From: Lama guanicoe
Taxonomy: Eukaryota
NCBI GenBank assembly: GCA_013239625.1
Contig: MU053365.1
Location: 186,001 to 250,000 of the forward strand
DNA: 64,000 bases
Reading direction: 5' to 3'
The notes under the pieces are model-generated. The model saw only the letters and a list, made by a program, of their open reading frames with translations, was not told where the DNA came from and searched no databases. Below, piece after piece: positions 38,294 through 51,090 of the stretch (positions within the stretch are counted from its first letter, which is position 1; every line of letters starts with the position of its first letter). The translations under genes and the position numbers were made by a program.

Positions 38294-38664
38294 TTTTTAA
38301 TTTTAGATTTGTTTTTATTGCAGTAACACTGGTTTATAACATTATATAAGTTTCATGTATACAACATTTTATCTCTACTTCTATACATATCTTACAGTGC
38401 TCACTGCCATAAACTGAGTTTCCACCCATCACCCTACAGTTGATCCCTTTACCCGTTTCACTCTCCCCTCTGCCTCTTCCCCTCCGGAAACCACTTCTAT
38501 GTCCTCTGTATCTACATGTTTGGTTTTTTTGGATTGTTCATTTACTATGGTTCTTTGTTTTTTATATTGTGCATATGAGTGAGATCTTATGGTGTTTGTC
38601 TTTCTGCATCTGACTTATATCACTTAGCATAATATCTTCAAGTTCCTTCCATCTTGTTATAAAT
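38294..38664 (-). mobile_element. L1MA9-like 3' end
   Basis: TSD cct(a/g)accagtgtatt at 38279-38293 and 38665-38679; T-rich tail. Confidence 0.8.
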
Positions 38665-39118
38665 CCTGACCAGTGTATTGTTTAGTTTTTTCCTGTTTTT
38701 GAACTTTAAATGAAATCCTACTCTAGGGAATTTTCTCTTATTTGCTTCTTTTACTCACTTTGACATTTTTGAGATATTCCATGTCAGCGCATCTAACTGT
38801 GGCTTGTTCTGTGTCTGTGTGAGTGTCCCCTTCTCCCGAGTTCTGCTCTACACAGCCTGTGAATCAAGATACAGCAGCTCAAGCTATAAAGTAACCGTTG
38901 TATGTGTAAACCACAATTCTTTTACCCAGTCTACCACAAACCAGTAATTGGACAGTTATCCAGTTTGGGGCTATTAGTATAATACTGCTGTCAACATTTT
39001 TGTACATGTATCAAGTACAAGTTTTTCTAAGGCACATAATTAAGAGTAAAATTGTGGGATCGTAGGATATGCCATGTTCAACTTTACTAGATAATCTCAA
39101 GATACTTTCCAAAGTTGT

Positions 39119-39595
39119 TGTGTCCACTTGGGTCCACCAAGAAGCAGAATTACCAAGATGGAACTAGATGTGCAAAGGATCTGTTGAGGGAATGCCCATG
39201 AAGGGGAAAGGGGAAAGAGCGGGTATAAGCAGAGAAAGCCTTCAGACTTCAGTGTTGGTCTGGACCCTGTGAAGGGAGAGAAAGAAGGAAGTAGAATTGA
39301 GCAGGAAGAGTCTCAGACTACCACACAATCCTGAGGACGTCTCAGACAGGCTGATGGGGTGTTCCAGAGCCAAGTTCTGCTGTGAGAGGGGTCCTGCATC
39401 CTACAGGAATGGTCCACTCCTAGCACTCCTGCAGCACTCAGTCACTGGCTGAGAGCAACCTGGGGGGAATGTGGCTTTGGGGCAAACATCGTGGTAGATT
39501 CAGAAGGTTGGCGGCTGGGGCGGTCAGTCAGCCATGCTCTCTGCAGCAAGCTCTCCTGAAGGGAAGCTGAGTGGCACATTTCTATGGCTGTCACA
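39119..39595 (-). mobile_element. LTR16C-like ERVL solo LTR
   Basis: Minus strand starts tgtgacagccatagaaatgtgccactcag...cccttcaggagagcttgctgc, like LTR16C. Confidence 0.75.
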
Positions 39596-40158
39596 CTCAT
39601 TAGTTGCACCAATTGACACTTCCACCAGCAGTGGATGAAAATTCCTGTTTCTCTAAATCCTTGGTGACACTTAGTATTGTCAGACTTTCTAATATTTACC
39701 AATGTTTTGTGTATGAAATGCTATGTCATCGTGGTCTCAGTTAGCATTTCTCTGACTACCAATGAGAATAACATCTTTCCAAAAGTTTATGGGCCACTTA
39801 TATTTCATCTGCTGGGAAATGCCTATATAGTTCTTTTGCCCATTTTTGTTACTTGTTGGGTTATGTGTATTTTTTCTGATTGGTTTGTAAGAGTCTTTTG
39901 TGTGTTTTGGATACAAAATACTTGTAGGTAATAGGGATTACAAGTATCTTTAGAGATTTATAAATATCTAAACAAGTACCTTTAGATATTTGTGGCTTGT
40001 TTTTCTACACTCTTTATGGTGTCTTTTGATAAACCAAAGGTCTTAATTTTTATGTATTGATTGGTTCCTTTATAATTTGTGCCTTTTTTAACTTGTTTTA
40101 AAATTTCCCTACTCTGAAGTTATAAAGATATCTACCAATGTTGTTTTCTAAAAGTTTA

Positions 40159-40707
40159 TTTTTTTTAACATTTTTTATTGATTTATAATCATTTTACAAT
40201 GTTGTGTCAAATTCCAGTGTTCAGCACAATTTTTCAGTCATTCATGGACATATACACACTCATTGTCACTTTTTTTTCTCTGTGAGTTATCATAACATTT
40301 TGTGTATATTTCCCTGTGCTATACAGTGTAATCTTGTTTATCTATTCTACAATTTTGAAGTCCCAGTCTATCCTTTCCCACCCTCCACCCCCCTGGTAAC
40401 CACAAGTCTGTATTCTCTGTCTGTGAGTCTATTTCTGTCCTGTATTTATGCTTTGTTTTTGTTTGTTTGTTTGTTTTTGTTTTTGTTTTTTAGATTCCAC
40501 ATATGAGCGATCTCATATGGTATTTTTCTTTCTCTTTCTGGCTTACTTCACTTAGAATGACATTCTCCAGGAGCATCCATGTTGCTGCAAATGGCATTAT
40601 GTTGTCAGTTTTTATGGCTGAGTAGTATTCCATTGTATAAATATACCACCTCTTCTTTATCCAGTCACCTGTTGATGGACATGTAGGCTGTTTCCATGTC
40701 TTGGCTA
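40159..40707 (-). mobile_element. Young camelid-type L1 3' end
   Basis: Perfect 15-bp TSD ttttctaaaagttta at 40144-40158 and 40708-40722. Confidence 0.92.
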
Positions 40708-41184
40708 TTTTCTAAAAGTTTAAATAGTTTTACAGTTTCCATTCAAGTCTATTTACTGCACTTGGAATTGAACTTGAGATAGGGATCCAATTTTGCAGTT
40801 TCTAAAATGTGAATAACCGCTTGTCTGTGTACCGTTTATTTAATGATGTTTTCCCCAGTGGTCTGCAGTGCCATGCCTGCCAGGCATCATTTCAGTACAT
40901 GTATGGGCTGGTGTCTGGGACATCTACTTTGTTGCACTAGTATATTTGTTTGTCCTAGTGCCAATCCTACACTGTCTTATATAGTATAGCTTAAAATTAT
41001 GTCTTGACATTAAGTAGGGTAAGTCTCCCTACCTTGTTCTTTAGGAGTGTATTGACTATTTTAAGATATTTGTTTTTTTCATATAAAGTTTAGAATCAAT
41101 TTAACTTCCCCTGGGAAAAAATAAGAAAAAATAACTTCCCCTGGGATCACTTTGAATCTATACCCATTTATTCAGAATTGCATG

Positions 41185-43340
41185 AAGTTCTTTGCAAATC
41201 TCTTTAATGTCTGGTTTAATAACAGATGGTTGATTTGTCATAACTGCTTTTGTATTCAATCTGTTGCATTATATTGTTTCGGCTGAAGTATATAAAGGAA
41301 ATCTGGCTTCATACAGATACATAGTTGGAAAAGTGAAGTATATTTTAAGAGACTTTTTATATAATTATGGATATTCTCCTTTGATATTTCACCAAACTCA
41401 ACCAGTGGTAGTTTCTGAAAATGTAAAACGTGTATTCTGATACCATATCAATGCATCCTACTCAGTTATATTAAAATCCATTGATCTCACCAAAAGTGCA
41501 CAAGGGTTCCCTTTTCTCTTCATCCTCATCAATACTTGCTATTTGTTGTCTTTTTGACGACAGCCATTTTGACAGATGTGAAATGAGATCTCATTGTGAT
41601 TTGAATTTCCCTGATGATTAGTGATGTTGAGCATCTTTTCATGTGCCTATTGTCATCTGTATGTCTTCTTCAGAGAAATGTTTATTCAGGTCCTCTGCCT
41701 GTTTTTTAATTGGATTGTTTGTTTTGTTGACATTGAGTTGTATGAGTTCTTTATATATTTTGAATATTAACCACTAATCAGACATGCTATTTGCAAATAT
41801 CTTCTCCCATTCAGCTGGCTGCCTTTTTTTGTTTTGTTGATGATTTCCTTCACTGTGTACTGTTAATTGGAATGTAAACTGTTGCAGGTACTATGGAAAA
41901 CAGTATAGAGTTTCCTCAAAAAATTAAAAGTAGAACTACCATATGATCCAGCAATTCCACTTCTGGGTATTTAACTGAAGAAAATGAGAACTCTAATTCG
42001 AAAAGATATATGCACCCCTATGTTCACTGCAGCACTATTTACAATAGCCAATATATGGAAGCAGCCTAAGCACCCATCTATAGATGAATGGATAAATAAA
42101 ATGTGGTATATATCACATGGAATACACATGGAGTATGTACATGGAATACAACAGAATATTACTCAGGCATAAAAAAGAATAAAATCTTGCCATTTGCAAC
42201 AACATGGATGGACCCTAGGGAGTATCATGCTAAGTGAAAGAAGTCAGATAGAGAAAGACAAATATCATATGATTTTACTTATATGTGGAATTTAAACAAA
42301 CAAACATAACAAAATAGAAATAGACTCATAGATACAGAGAGCAAACTTGTGGTTGCCAGAGGGGTGGGGTGGGGAGATGAGTAAAATTAGGGAAGAACAT
42401 TAAGAGGTACAAACTTCCCTTTGTAAAATAAATAAATCACAGTGATGTAATGTACAGTATGGGGAATATAGTTGATAATATTGTAGTAACTCTGTATAGT
42501 GACAGATGGTAACTAAACTTCATGCTGATCCTTTTGTAATGTATAAAAATATCAAATCACTATATTGTATACCTGAAACTAATATAATATTGTAAGTCAA
42601 TTATACTTCAATTTAAAAAAGGAAAGAAAAGGAAAAAGAAAAGAAAATACATTGATCTCACATACACTTTGAGTGGATCTTTTGCCCATGCCTGTTTGTA
42701 GCATTGTACATTAGGGATATTTTTGTAAAATATTGGTTCACTGAATGATATAGATCTCCCAAATGTTGACACATTCCATTATGTAATATCAGAAATTCAC
42801 ATTCATTGATAGCACTGCCCAACTCATTAGAAAAAATGATAAACACTTGGAAGCTGTTAAATTCAAGGCAGCAGATTCAAGTTTTCCAAAATTCTAATTT
42901 CCATTTTAAAGCTGGGATTTTATCATGGGAAAAAAATACTGTCAGTTGTTTTTCTTGAAATGATAGGCTCACTTTGTTCATTTTTGAGGAAATGTCTCCT
43001 AAATACCCAGATGTGAATAACCATAGTTTCTCTCTGATTCGTTCTTTCCAGTAAAAGTGTTATCCCATAAGAAAAACAGTTAGTTCAGCTCACAACTCAT
43101 AGTGGCATTTCACTGGGCTTTGGTATGCAGAAGGACTTTTATATTTTTATATTTTATATTCTTATCTTGTCACACAGAATATTTTAAAAAGACAGAGATC
43201 AAGATTTAATACAATTAATAAATTTTTAGTGATTCATCAAGGACATTCTTATGTGAAATTGACCTTTTTTTCCCTGCAAGTATGTGACAGTGAAGAATGC
43301 AATAGCTACCAGCCTGCTTTTGTGCCACTGCCTTGATTCA
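41185..43340. mobile_element. Charlie1-like hAT DNA transposon remnant split by an L1
   Basis: tttgcaaatctctttaatgtctgg...aaaatccattgatct| |cactttgagtggatcttttgcccatgc...tgtgccactgccttgattc; the two halves join across the L1 TSD. Confidence 0.75.
41491..42643 (+). mobile_element. 5'-inverted (twin-primed) L1 insertion
   Basis: Antisense ORF2 piece 41491-~41857 then sense ORF2 end, 3'UTR and A tail; TSD aaaat(c/a)cattgatctcac at 41473-41490 and 42644-42661. Confidence 0.9.
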
Positions 43341-43414
43341 CTAAAACCACACTAATAAATTACTATAAAAAGTGATATTTCAAAATTACAATTTCAGACA
43401 AAGACATCTTCATG

Positions 43415-44000
43415 AATACAGTCAACACAACAGTTTTTAGTCAGAAAATATGATCTGGAACAAAGTTGAACTGGGCATTAAGTTTAAATGAACCCAAAAC
43501 GTTTTGCTTGGTGTACATATATCAAGTCTGAGGGATGAAGAGGTAGCTGCTGCTGCTCCCCTTCATTCTGTTAATCACATGAGCTATTCCACATATTTCA
43601 ACATGGTCTAGTATTTTGTATTTAGTATTTATTTTCTTCTAAAAGTGCAGGTACAAGATGACCTTGAGACCTCCTCCCCTGTGCCAAACATTAAAAATTA
43701 GATGAAAAAATGATGTACAAAGGAAAAGAGAATGAGTGTAATAATCCTTTAACACTTTATGTTCAAACTACATTTATTTTCACATTGTTGTTTATTACTT
43801 ATGCATACTTGTCTTCATTGTACGATTATTCAATTTCATTGTTTAATATAGGTGATAATTGTTTGGATATCTTGGGTTGGGATTAATGCATAATACTTTT
43901 TCCCATTAAAATTCATGGAAAAAATCTTCATGTAACAGCTTTTCACTTAGCAGTAGGGTTTTAAGGAACAAATTAAAGCCATTAAGGAATAGATGTGTGT
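43415..44000. mobile_element. Possible ancient Tigger-type DNA transposon remnant
   Basis: AT-rich; right end tttttcccattaaaattcatgg...ttttaaggaacaaattaaagccattaagg resembles Tigger subterminal sequence. Confidence 0.35.
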
Positions 44001-45059
44001 TATCCAATATTTTAGTTATATTCATCAAGAGCGTTGTTCAGAATATCTAATGTACAGTACTGCTGGAAATTGAAGTTCCCTAACTCTTCTTTAAACAAAA
44101 ACAATCATCTGGTGCATCAATATTGAGTATTGTTATTTCTCACCACAAAAACTCAGTCCCATTTAATAATCAATTCACACTGACATGTACGTGAATCTTT
44201 ATTGATTTATATCTCTATACTTTCCAAAAAGGTTTGCAGCAGCTTGTAATGAAATAGTCTATTCAAAGTTCCTAGAACATTATCTGAAAAATAATATGAA
44301 ATCAATAAATGCTGTTATTGTTGTTATAAAAAAGTACACATTGAAATCATTAGGATAAAACTGGAAAGTCAAATATATGCAAATGAAAAGAGGAAATAGG
44401 CTGCCATTGAGGCCTCTGAGTTACAGTCACTGGGCAGTAAACTTTACTGAGTTTCCAAGCAACTTGGGAAAAGGTGCTTTAGAGTTATTTTCTGACACAA
44501 GGAAGCCTATCGATTCTTCAAGGAAATCAAACTTTTTTCTTTTTTATTAAAAGAAGTATGGTGTGGTTTTCACACTGTTGACTCTGAAAAACATAATGGA
44601 CAATATCTTACATGATAGTTTTGCAATAAAAGCAGCAGCTAACCTATCCCTCCATCTTTCTATCCATTCATTTAATAAATATTTTGGCATTTTGCTTGTT
44701 AAGGCCAAGGACAAAACAGTAAAGCACAACTCAGTCATAGTATTTCTACAGCAAGATAAATGAGACCAAGCACAGAGCTTTCCAGAAATCTCAATTAATA
44801 AAGGTAGGAATTTACAATACCTAGAGGTGTATATAAATAGCATGTTTCATATGCTCCCTTCTTTAATTTTTATACTTCTTTGCTAGAGTTCTACTAGATC
44901 CATGGTATACAGTTCAAGATTATGGCTCTGTCTTTAATATCTCTGGTATTCTGTTTAGTTGATTAAGGTAAGAATGATATAATTTAGCTTGCAGACAAGT
45001 TGGTAATGCTATTAAAGCTGACTTTACTGACCAGTATTTGTACCCAGATAAAAGTTCAC

Positions 45060-45260
45060 CTGTTAGACAGAATTTTGCTCACAATACTGCTCATGCTATG
45101 GGATAAGTACTATAACCCCCTTTATTTTACAGATTGGAAGACCGAGGCACAGATACCTTAAATAACTTACCTAAGGTAACACAGCTAGTAAGTAGCAGAG
45201 CCAAAAGTTGAACTCAGGCAATCTGGCTTTGGTGTCCATGCCTTAGCCATGATGCCTTCT
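45060..45260 (-). mobile_element. MIR SINE
   Basis: attttacagattggaagaccgaggcacag...taacttacctaaggtaacacagctagtaagtagcagagcc. Confidence 0.85.
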
Positions 45261-45377
45261 GGACAGCTGCTTCACTGAGTTTCACCACCTAAGCTACAGC
45301 AGAAATGTATTGACCTAGAAGAGTTTCAAAGTGGATGTCACCACCTTCAGCCATACAAAACACTCATTCATGTTCCT

Positions 45378-45765
45378 TGAATAAGTTCTGGGGATTTGAT
45401 GTGCAGCATGGTGACTATAGTTAACAATACTGTACTGTATACTTGAGAGTAGCTCTCAAATGTTCTCACCAAAAACAAAATGAAACAAAACACCATGGTA
45501 ATTATGTGAGGTGATAGAGGTGCTAACTGATGTCATCGTGGTAATCATTTTGCAGTATACACATGTATCAAGTCATTCATGTTGTACTCCTTACGTTTAA
45601 CATTATATGTCAATTGTATTTCAGCAAAGCAAAGGGAAAAAAGGAGGGTGAGAGCGACTTGTGGAGAGGAACGATGACTGAAAAATTGTGCTCTACACTG
45701 GAATTTGACACAACATTGTAAAATGATTATAAATCAATAAAAATGTTTTAAAAAAAGAAAAGAAC
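45378..45765 (+). mobile_element. L1MA-type 3' end followed by an ~85-bp camelid-type L1 3' tip
   Basis: aataagttctggggat...cagcatggtgactatagttaacaatac...; then atgactgaaaaattgtgct...aaatcaataaaaatgtt, the reverse complement of the 40.2-kb element's end. Confidence 0.8.
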
Positions 45766-47264
45766 AATGAGAATTTGAATTGTTTTCTCTAAGTTGCTCA
45801 GAGCCTTGGCAAAATTCTGAAAGAGAAATGGCATGAGAAGAGCTGCCTTGTTTTCTTTGGTTTGAAGATATCTTCATCCAGGGCTTTTTGGTGATTTTCC
45901 AGGTCTTCTTGGTTTTAGAGCTAGTTGTCATCATCACTGTTACCTCCACGATACCACAAGCACTGTGAGGGCAGGGATTGTGCCAACTTCAACCTGTCAC
46001 CCACACCCCAAGGCCTAACCCCAAGGGGGCTGCCAATGGATGTTTACTTCATGGAATAGAAACCGACTTTTGCTATGACAGTTTCTTTGGTGCCTCTGAC
46101 ATAGGACAACGCCTTTCCCTAGGCCCATAAGTTAAGGAAGAAGGCAGAATCTTCTAGAGTTATAAGTTATTTCATAACTAATGAAACTGAAGGAAGGCTC
46201 ACAAAATTGCCTATAAAGCAGCAGCCTCATGAGTTGCAATTATAATAAAGAGCAATGACTCAGCAGACCACAACCCACACCCACAAGCATAGAGGCCCTC
46301 TGGCAGGGTTCCTCAGAGGGCAGGCCTCTGGGCCCCATGGGGAAGATCCAAGTCTGCCTTTTGGTAGACTCTGGGTTGAACCCACTCCTGGTTCTGTACT
46401 ATGCACAATGTCAGGGTATAGAAGACAGAGCAGACAAGCCCTCATTTTTCAAGTATGCCTGTTTCATAATGCCTTGCCAGCCAACCCAGGAAAATGTTTA
46501 CCCTTTGTCACCCTGATTCTCAAAGTGTGGATGTGATTTATTACTGACAATACTATTGAAGTCTAACCTTTTTCAGGCCAACATGTTTGAAAGCTGCACT
46601 GAGTCACTGCCCTGGATCTGTTTCCCTGCAAACACTCTCTGGGATGAATGAAACATCGATGGACTCTAAGCTATGGATTTTTTGCTTCACTGTGCCAGTG
46701 TGATATTTCACAGATTGTGAGGTCAAATTCATTTATCAGCTGATATCTAATGAGTTTGGGAGACACTTGCACTACTAAGCATAAGAAAACTCTGAACGAT
46801 GATGTAATCAGGGGAGAAATTAGTGTTCCAAGAAAGTGAACTTCATACTTCTGCAAACTAAGGGTTTTCAGATTTTACTCATTTTGTGTTTGCTGTTAGA
46901 GATGTATTGACAAAAATTGTTTTGAATACACAGTAGAGACACAACACCATAATTCCTGCTCTTTGATAAGTTTTCAAGAATCAAAAGGATAGGTTTGCAA
47001 CATGGTGGTAACTTCCTCCCAAGTGCCAGCATGTTCCTCTCACAGGGGATTCAGAGACTCTCTAGGAAAAGACTGGGGATTGGAGCTTGAGTGTCAGTCG
47101 TTTCCACCTTTGTGGGAGGGGCTCAAAAGGAAGACACTACCAGTTATTGACCTCGCATTACATGCCAGGCACAAGCCTAGGCCCTTGACATGTATTATTC
47201 AGTTTACATTAGCACTTGCAAGGGAGATATTATTTTTCTTGTTTATTTATTGCTTTTGAAACAA

Positions 47265-49680
47265 CAACTGAAAACCCATCACATCATCAGGCTAAAGGAA
47301 AAAAATTAGATTGATATAACATCAATGGTCATATCACAAGATACAGAAAAATCATTTGACAGAATCCAAAACCCATTCATGATTTAAAAAACAAAAAAAC
47401 CCTTAGCAAACTAGGACTAGAGGAAAACTCCTTAACTCGATAAAGAACATCTACAAAAACCTTACAACTAACATCCTACTTAATAATGAGAAACTTGATG
47501 CCTTCTTGCAAAGATCAGGAACAAGGCAAAGTTGTCCCCTCTTACCACTTCCTTTGAACATTGTACTAGAAGTCCTAGTCAATTCAGTAAGGTAGGAAAA
47601 GGAAATAAAAAGTATACAGATTGGGAAGAGAGAATAAAACTGTCTTTGTTTACAGATGACATGATCGTCTACATAGAAAATTTAAAAGAAATGACAAAAA
47701 ACCCTGGAAATAATAGGGAATTATAACAGGGTTGTAGGATACAAGGTTAATATCCAAAAGTCATTCACTTTCCTATATACCAGTAATTAACAAGTCGAAT
47801 TTGGAATTTAAAAATGCATTATCATTTACATTAGCACCTCCAGAAATAGAATTCTTAAGATATTTCATTTCTGAATGGGCAGATATTCCATGTTAATGGA
47901 TAAGAAGACTCAATATTGTCAAGACATCAGTTTTTTCTAACTTGATGTACAGATTCAATATAATACCAATCAAAACACAAAAAAGTTATTTTGTGAATAT
48001 TGACACACTAATTCTAGAGCTTATACGGAGATGCCAAAGACCCAGAATAATCAACTCAATATTGAAGGAGAAGAACAAAATTGAGGACTGACACTACTTG
48101 AATTCAAGTCTTATTATAAAGCTACATGATCAAGAGAGTGTGGTTTGGTTGAAAGAATAGACAACTGTATCCGTGGAATAGAATAGAGAGCCCAGAAATA
48201 GACTCCCCTTCAATAACTAAAGTCAAGTGATCCTTGACAAAGAATCAAGGGCAACACAATAGAGAAAAGATCGTCTTTTCGCCAAATGTTGCTGAAACAA
48301 CTGGACATCCACGTGCAAAGAAAAAATGAATCTAGATATAAATCTTATACATTTCACAAAAATTAACTCAAAATGGATCATAGGCCTCATGTAAAACACA
48401 AAAGTGTAAAATTCCTAGAAGATAACATAAGAGAAAACCAAGATGACCTTGGGTATGGTGATGACTTTTTAGATACAACCAAAGACATAATCCATGAAAG
48501 AAATAATTGATAAGCTGGACTTCATTAAAATTTAAAACCTGTGCTCTATGAAAGACAATGTCAACAGAATGAGAAGACAAACCACAGACTGGGAGAAAAC
48601 ATTTGCAAAAGATACATATGATAAAGGACTGTTGCGTAAAAATGTACAAAGAATTCTTAAAGCTCAACAATAAGAGAATGAGCAATCTGATTAAAAAATG
48701 GTCCAAAGACCTTAATAGACATCTCACCAAATAAAATGCACAGATGTCAAATAAGCATATGAAAAAATATTCAACTTCATTTGTCATTAAGGAATTGCAA
48801 ATCAAAAGAACAATGAGATACCACTGTACACCTATTAGAATGGCCAAAATCTAAAACATTGACAGTACCAAATGCTGACAAGGGTGTGAAGCAGCAGGAA
48901 TTCTTATTTACTGCTGGTAGGAATGTAAAGCGCAACTTTGGAAGACACTTTGGCAGTTTCTTATAAAACTAAACATTATTGTTGCATACAATCCAGCAGT
49001 CATGCTCCTTGGGTACTGGCTGGACCCTTATGTTCACAAGGAAACCTACACAGGGATGTTTATAATAGCTTTATTCATACTCACCAAAACTTGGAAGCAA
49101 CCAAGATGTCCTTCATTAAGTGAATGGATAAATAAACCGTGGTACATCCAGACAATGGAATATTGATCAGCACAAAAAAAGTGAGCTATCAAGCCATGAA
49201 AAAACATGAAGGAAACTTAAATGCATATTACTAAGCAAAATAAGCCAGTCAGAAAAGGCCACATACTGTATGATTCCAACAATATGACATTCTGGAAAAG
49301 GCAAAACTATGGAGACAGTTATAAGATCAATGGTTGTCAAGGGTTAGGAGGGAGGGAGGAATGAATAGGAGGAGCACAGAAGCTCTATAGGGTAGTGAAA
49401 CCCTTCTGTATGATACATACACCAGTGGATGCACGTCATTATACATTTGTCAAAATGCGTAGAACATAAAATGCCAAGAGTGAACCCTAATGTTAACTAT
49501 GGACTTGGGTGATAGTGATGTAACACTGATTGTAACAAATGTACTGTGTGGTGTAGGATTTTGCTAGTGCAGGGTGTTGAGAGTGTATAGGGGCAGGGAA
49601 TATAAAAGAGCCCTGTGCTTTCCATTTGATTTTGCTGTGAACCTAAAACTGCTCTAAAAACAAAGTAAATTCAAAAAAGA
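47265..49680 (+). mobile_element. L1MC-type element: ORF2 3' half and 3'UTR
   Basis: KLSLFTDDMIVYIENLKE (47532-47726); 3'UTR gagtgaaccctaatgttaactatggac...gctgtgaacctaaaactgctctaaaaa. Confidence 0.9.
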
Positions 49681-50636
49681 TTATAATGAAACAATAAATG
49701 AGGGAACAGGGAAGGACATTTAAGAAGCCTCCCCATGATTACACAGTAAGTACTGTTTAGAAGTTAATCTAATGGTAAAGAGGATGGAATGGTCTTAATT
49801 CATGTAGGCTCTTAGCCTGTGTTCTGTGTTCTGGCTTCAGTATGGGGAGAGGAGTCTCCTCATAATCAAGGCTGTACAAAAACTTGTGTCAAGATATATC
49901 TTCATTTTTCTGGAGAAAATCCACCTAGCTTTCATGAAAATTCCCAAAATGCTAAGAGTCACTTTGAACTCATGATATTGGAAATAGCTCCATGGATAAA
50001 GGCAGGAAGCCAACTTTGGAAACTATTTTGTATAATCAGTTTGAGAGTAATGGTTACAACATGTTCCCACCTGTCTAGGTTAGGACTGGTTAGAAAAGTA
50101 GAAGCGTATCGTTCCTATTTGTGACCAGGTCAGCACATCATATCATGGGAACTTCCTAAGGTTGATTTTCTGAAGGCAAATTATATTCTCTGAATATATA
50201 AGAGCCTCTTATGTGATCATTGGAGATGTTACTTTGAGAAATCCAAGTTAGAGATGTTAGAGAAGAAAAGGATCTTGAAATTCCACCTCTCTCAGTGTAT
50301 AAACGATATTGATTCTGAGAGCAGAAGAAGAGCTTGCCCATGGTCATTCAGCAAGTTAGGAGCTGAGTCAGGAATGCACAAAGGTGTCTTGCCTTCCAGG
50401 CTAATATTCTTTCAGAGACGTAACTTCTCTTACTTTCTGACCTGTTATATTCAAATGCTTATTGGACATCTCTACTCAGATACTCCTTTCAGGCTGTTCA
50501 AACACAACACACCTAAAACCAATCTCATTATTACCCCTCTGTGCCTCTCAAAACACCCTCTTTTATTGTCCATCTCTACTCTCCCTTGGTCCCCATAAGC
50601 CCTCAAGCTGCTGTCAAATTTCTCTGCTACCCTTCT

Positions 50637-51090
50637 GTTCTCGTTATCTATTACTGCATAACAAATACCTCCAAATAGTGACTTAACATAACAACATTTA
50701 TTTTGCTCATGACTATACAGTTTGAGTAGGGCTCTGCTCTACTCCGCCTCAGCCAACTGTCTCAAACATTTGAGGCTGGAATCATCTGAAGCCTCACTCA
50801 CTCCCTCACAGTCTTGTAGTTGCCCACAAGTAGCCTTTCCAAGTGACCACATGGCTTCCTCACATCATGGTGGCTGGGTTCCAAGGGTGAGTATCCCAAG
50901 AAAGGGATGGAGTGGGCAGGTAGAAGTCATATTGCCTTTTAGGATCTGGCCTCACAGTATTACTTCTGCTACATTCTGAAGGCAGTAACAAAAGCCTGAC
51001 CAGGTTCAAAGGCAGGGGAAATACACTCCACCTTTTGATAGGAGAAAAGCAATGTCCTGCAAGAGCATATCATCCAGAAATATTGCAAAA
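50637..51090 (-). mobile_element. MLT1 (MaLR) LTR
   Basis: gttatctattactgcataacaaat...ggctggaatcatctgaag...ggttcaaaggcaggggaaatacactccacc. Confidence 0.75.

Larger units (their letters stand above)
38110..41170 (-). mobile_element. Old L1 (L1ME/MC-type) 3' half, interrupted by younger elements
   Basis: Antisense L1 3'UTR and ORF2 sequence; ORF 39442-39702 begins IRKSDNTKC...IHCWWKCQLVQ (ORF2 cysteine-rich region). Confidence 0.75.

Noticed and set aside
45846..45962. Minus-strand exon upstream of the 37.7-kb candidate
   Set aside because: The acceptor is plausible but the only frame-compatible donor is a poor GC site (gcagct), and the more protein-like frame contains stops
48368..48847. 159-aa hydrophobic ORF resembling a membrane protein
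   Set aside because: It is the antisense reading of L1 ORF2, a common artefact
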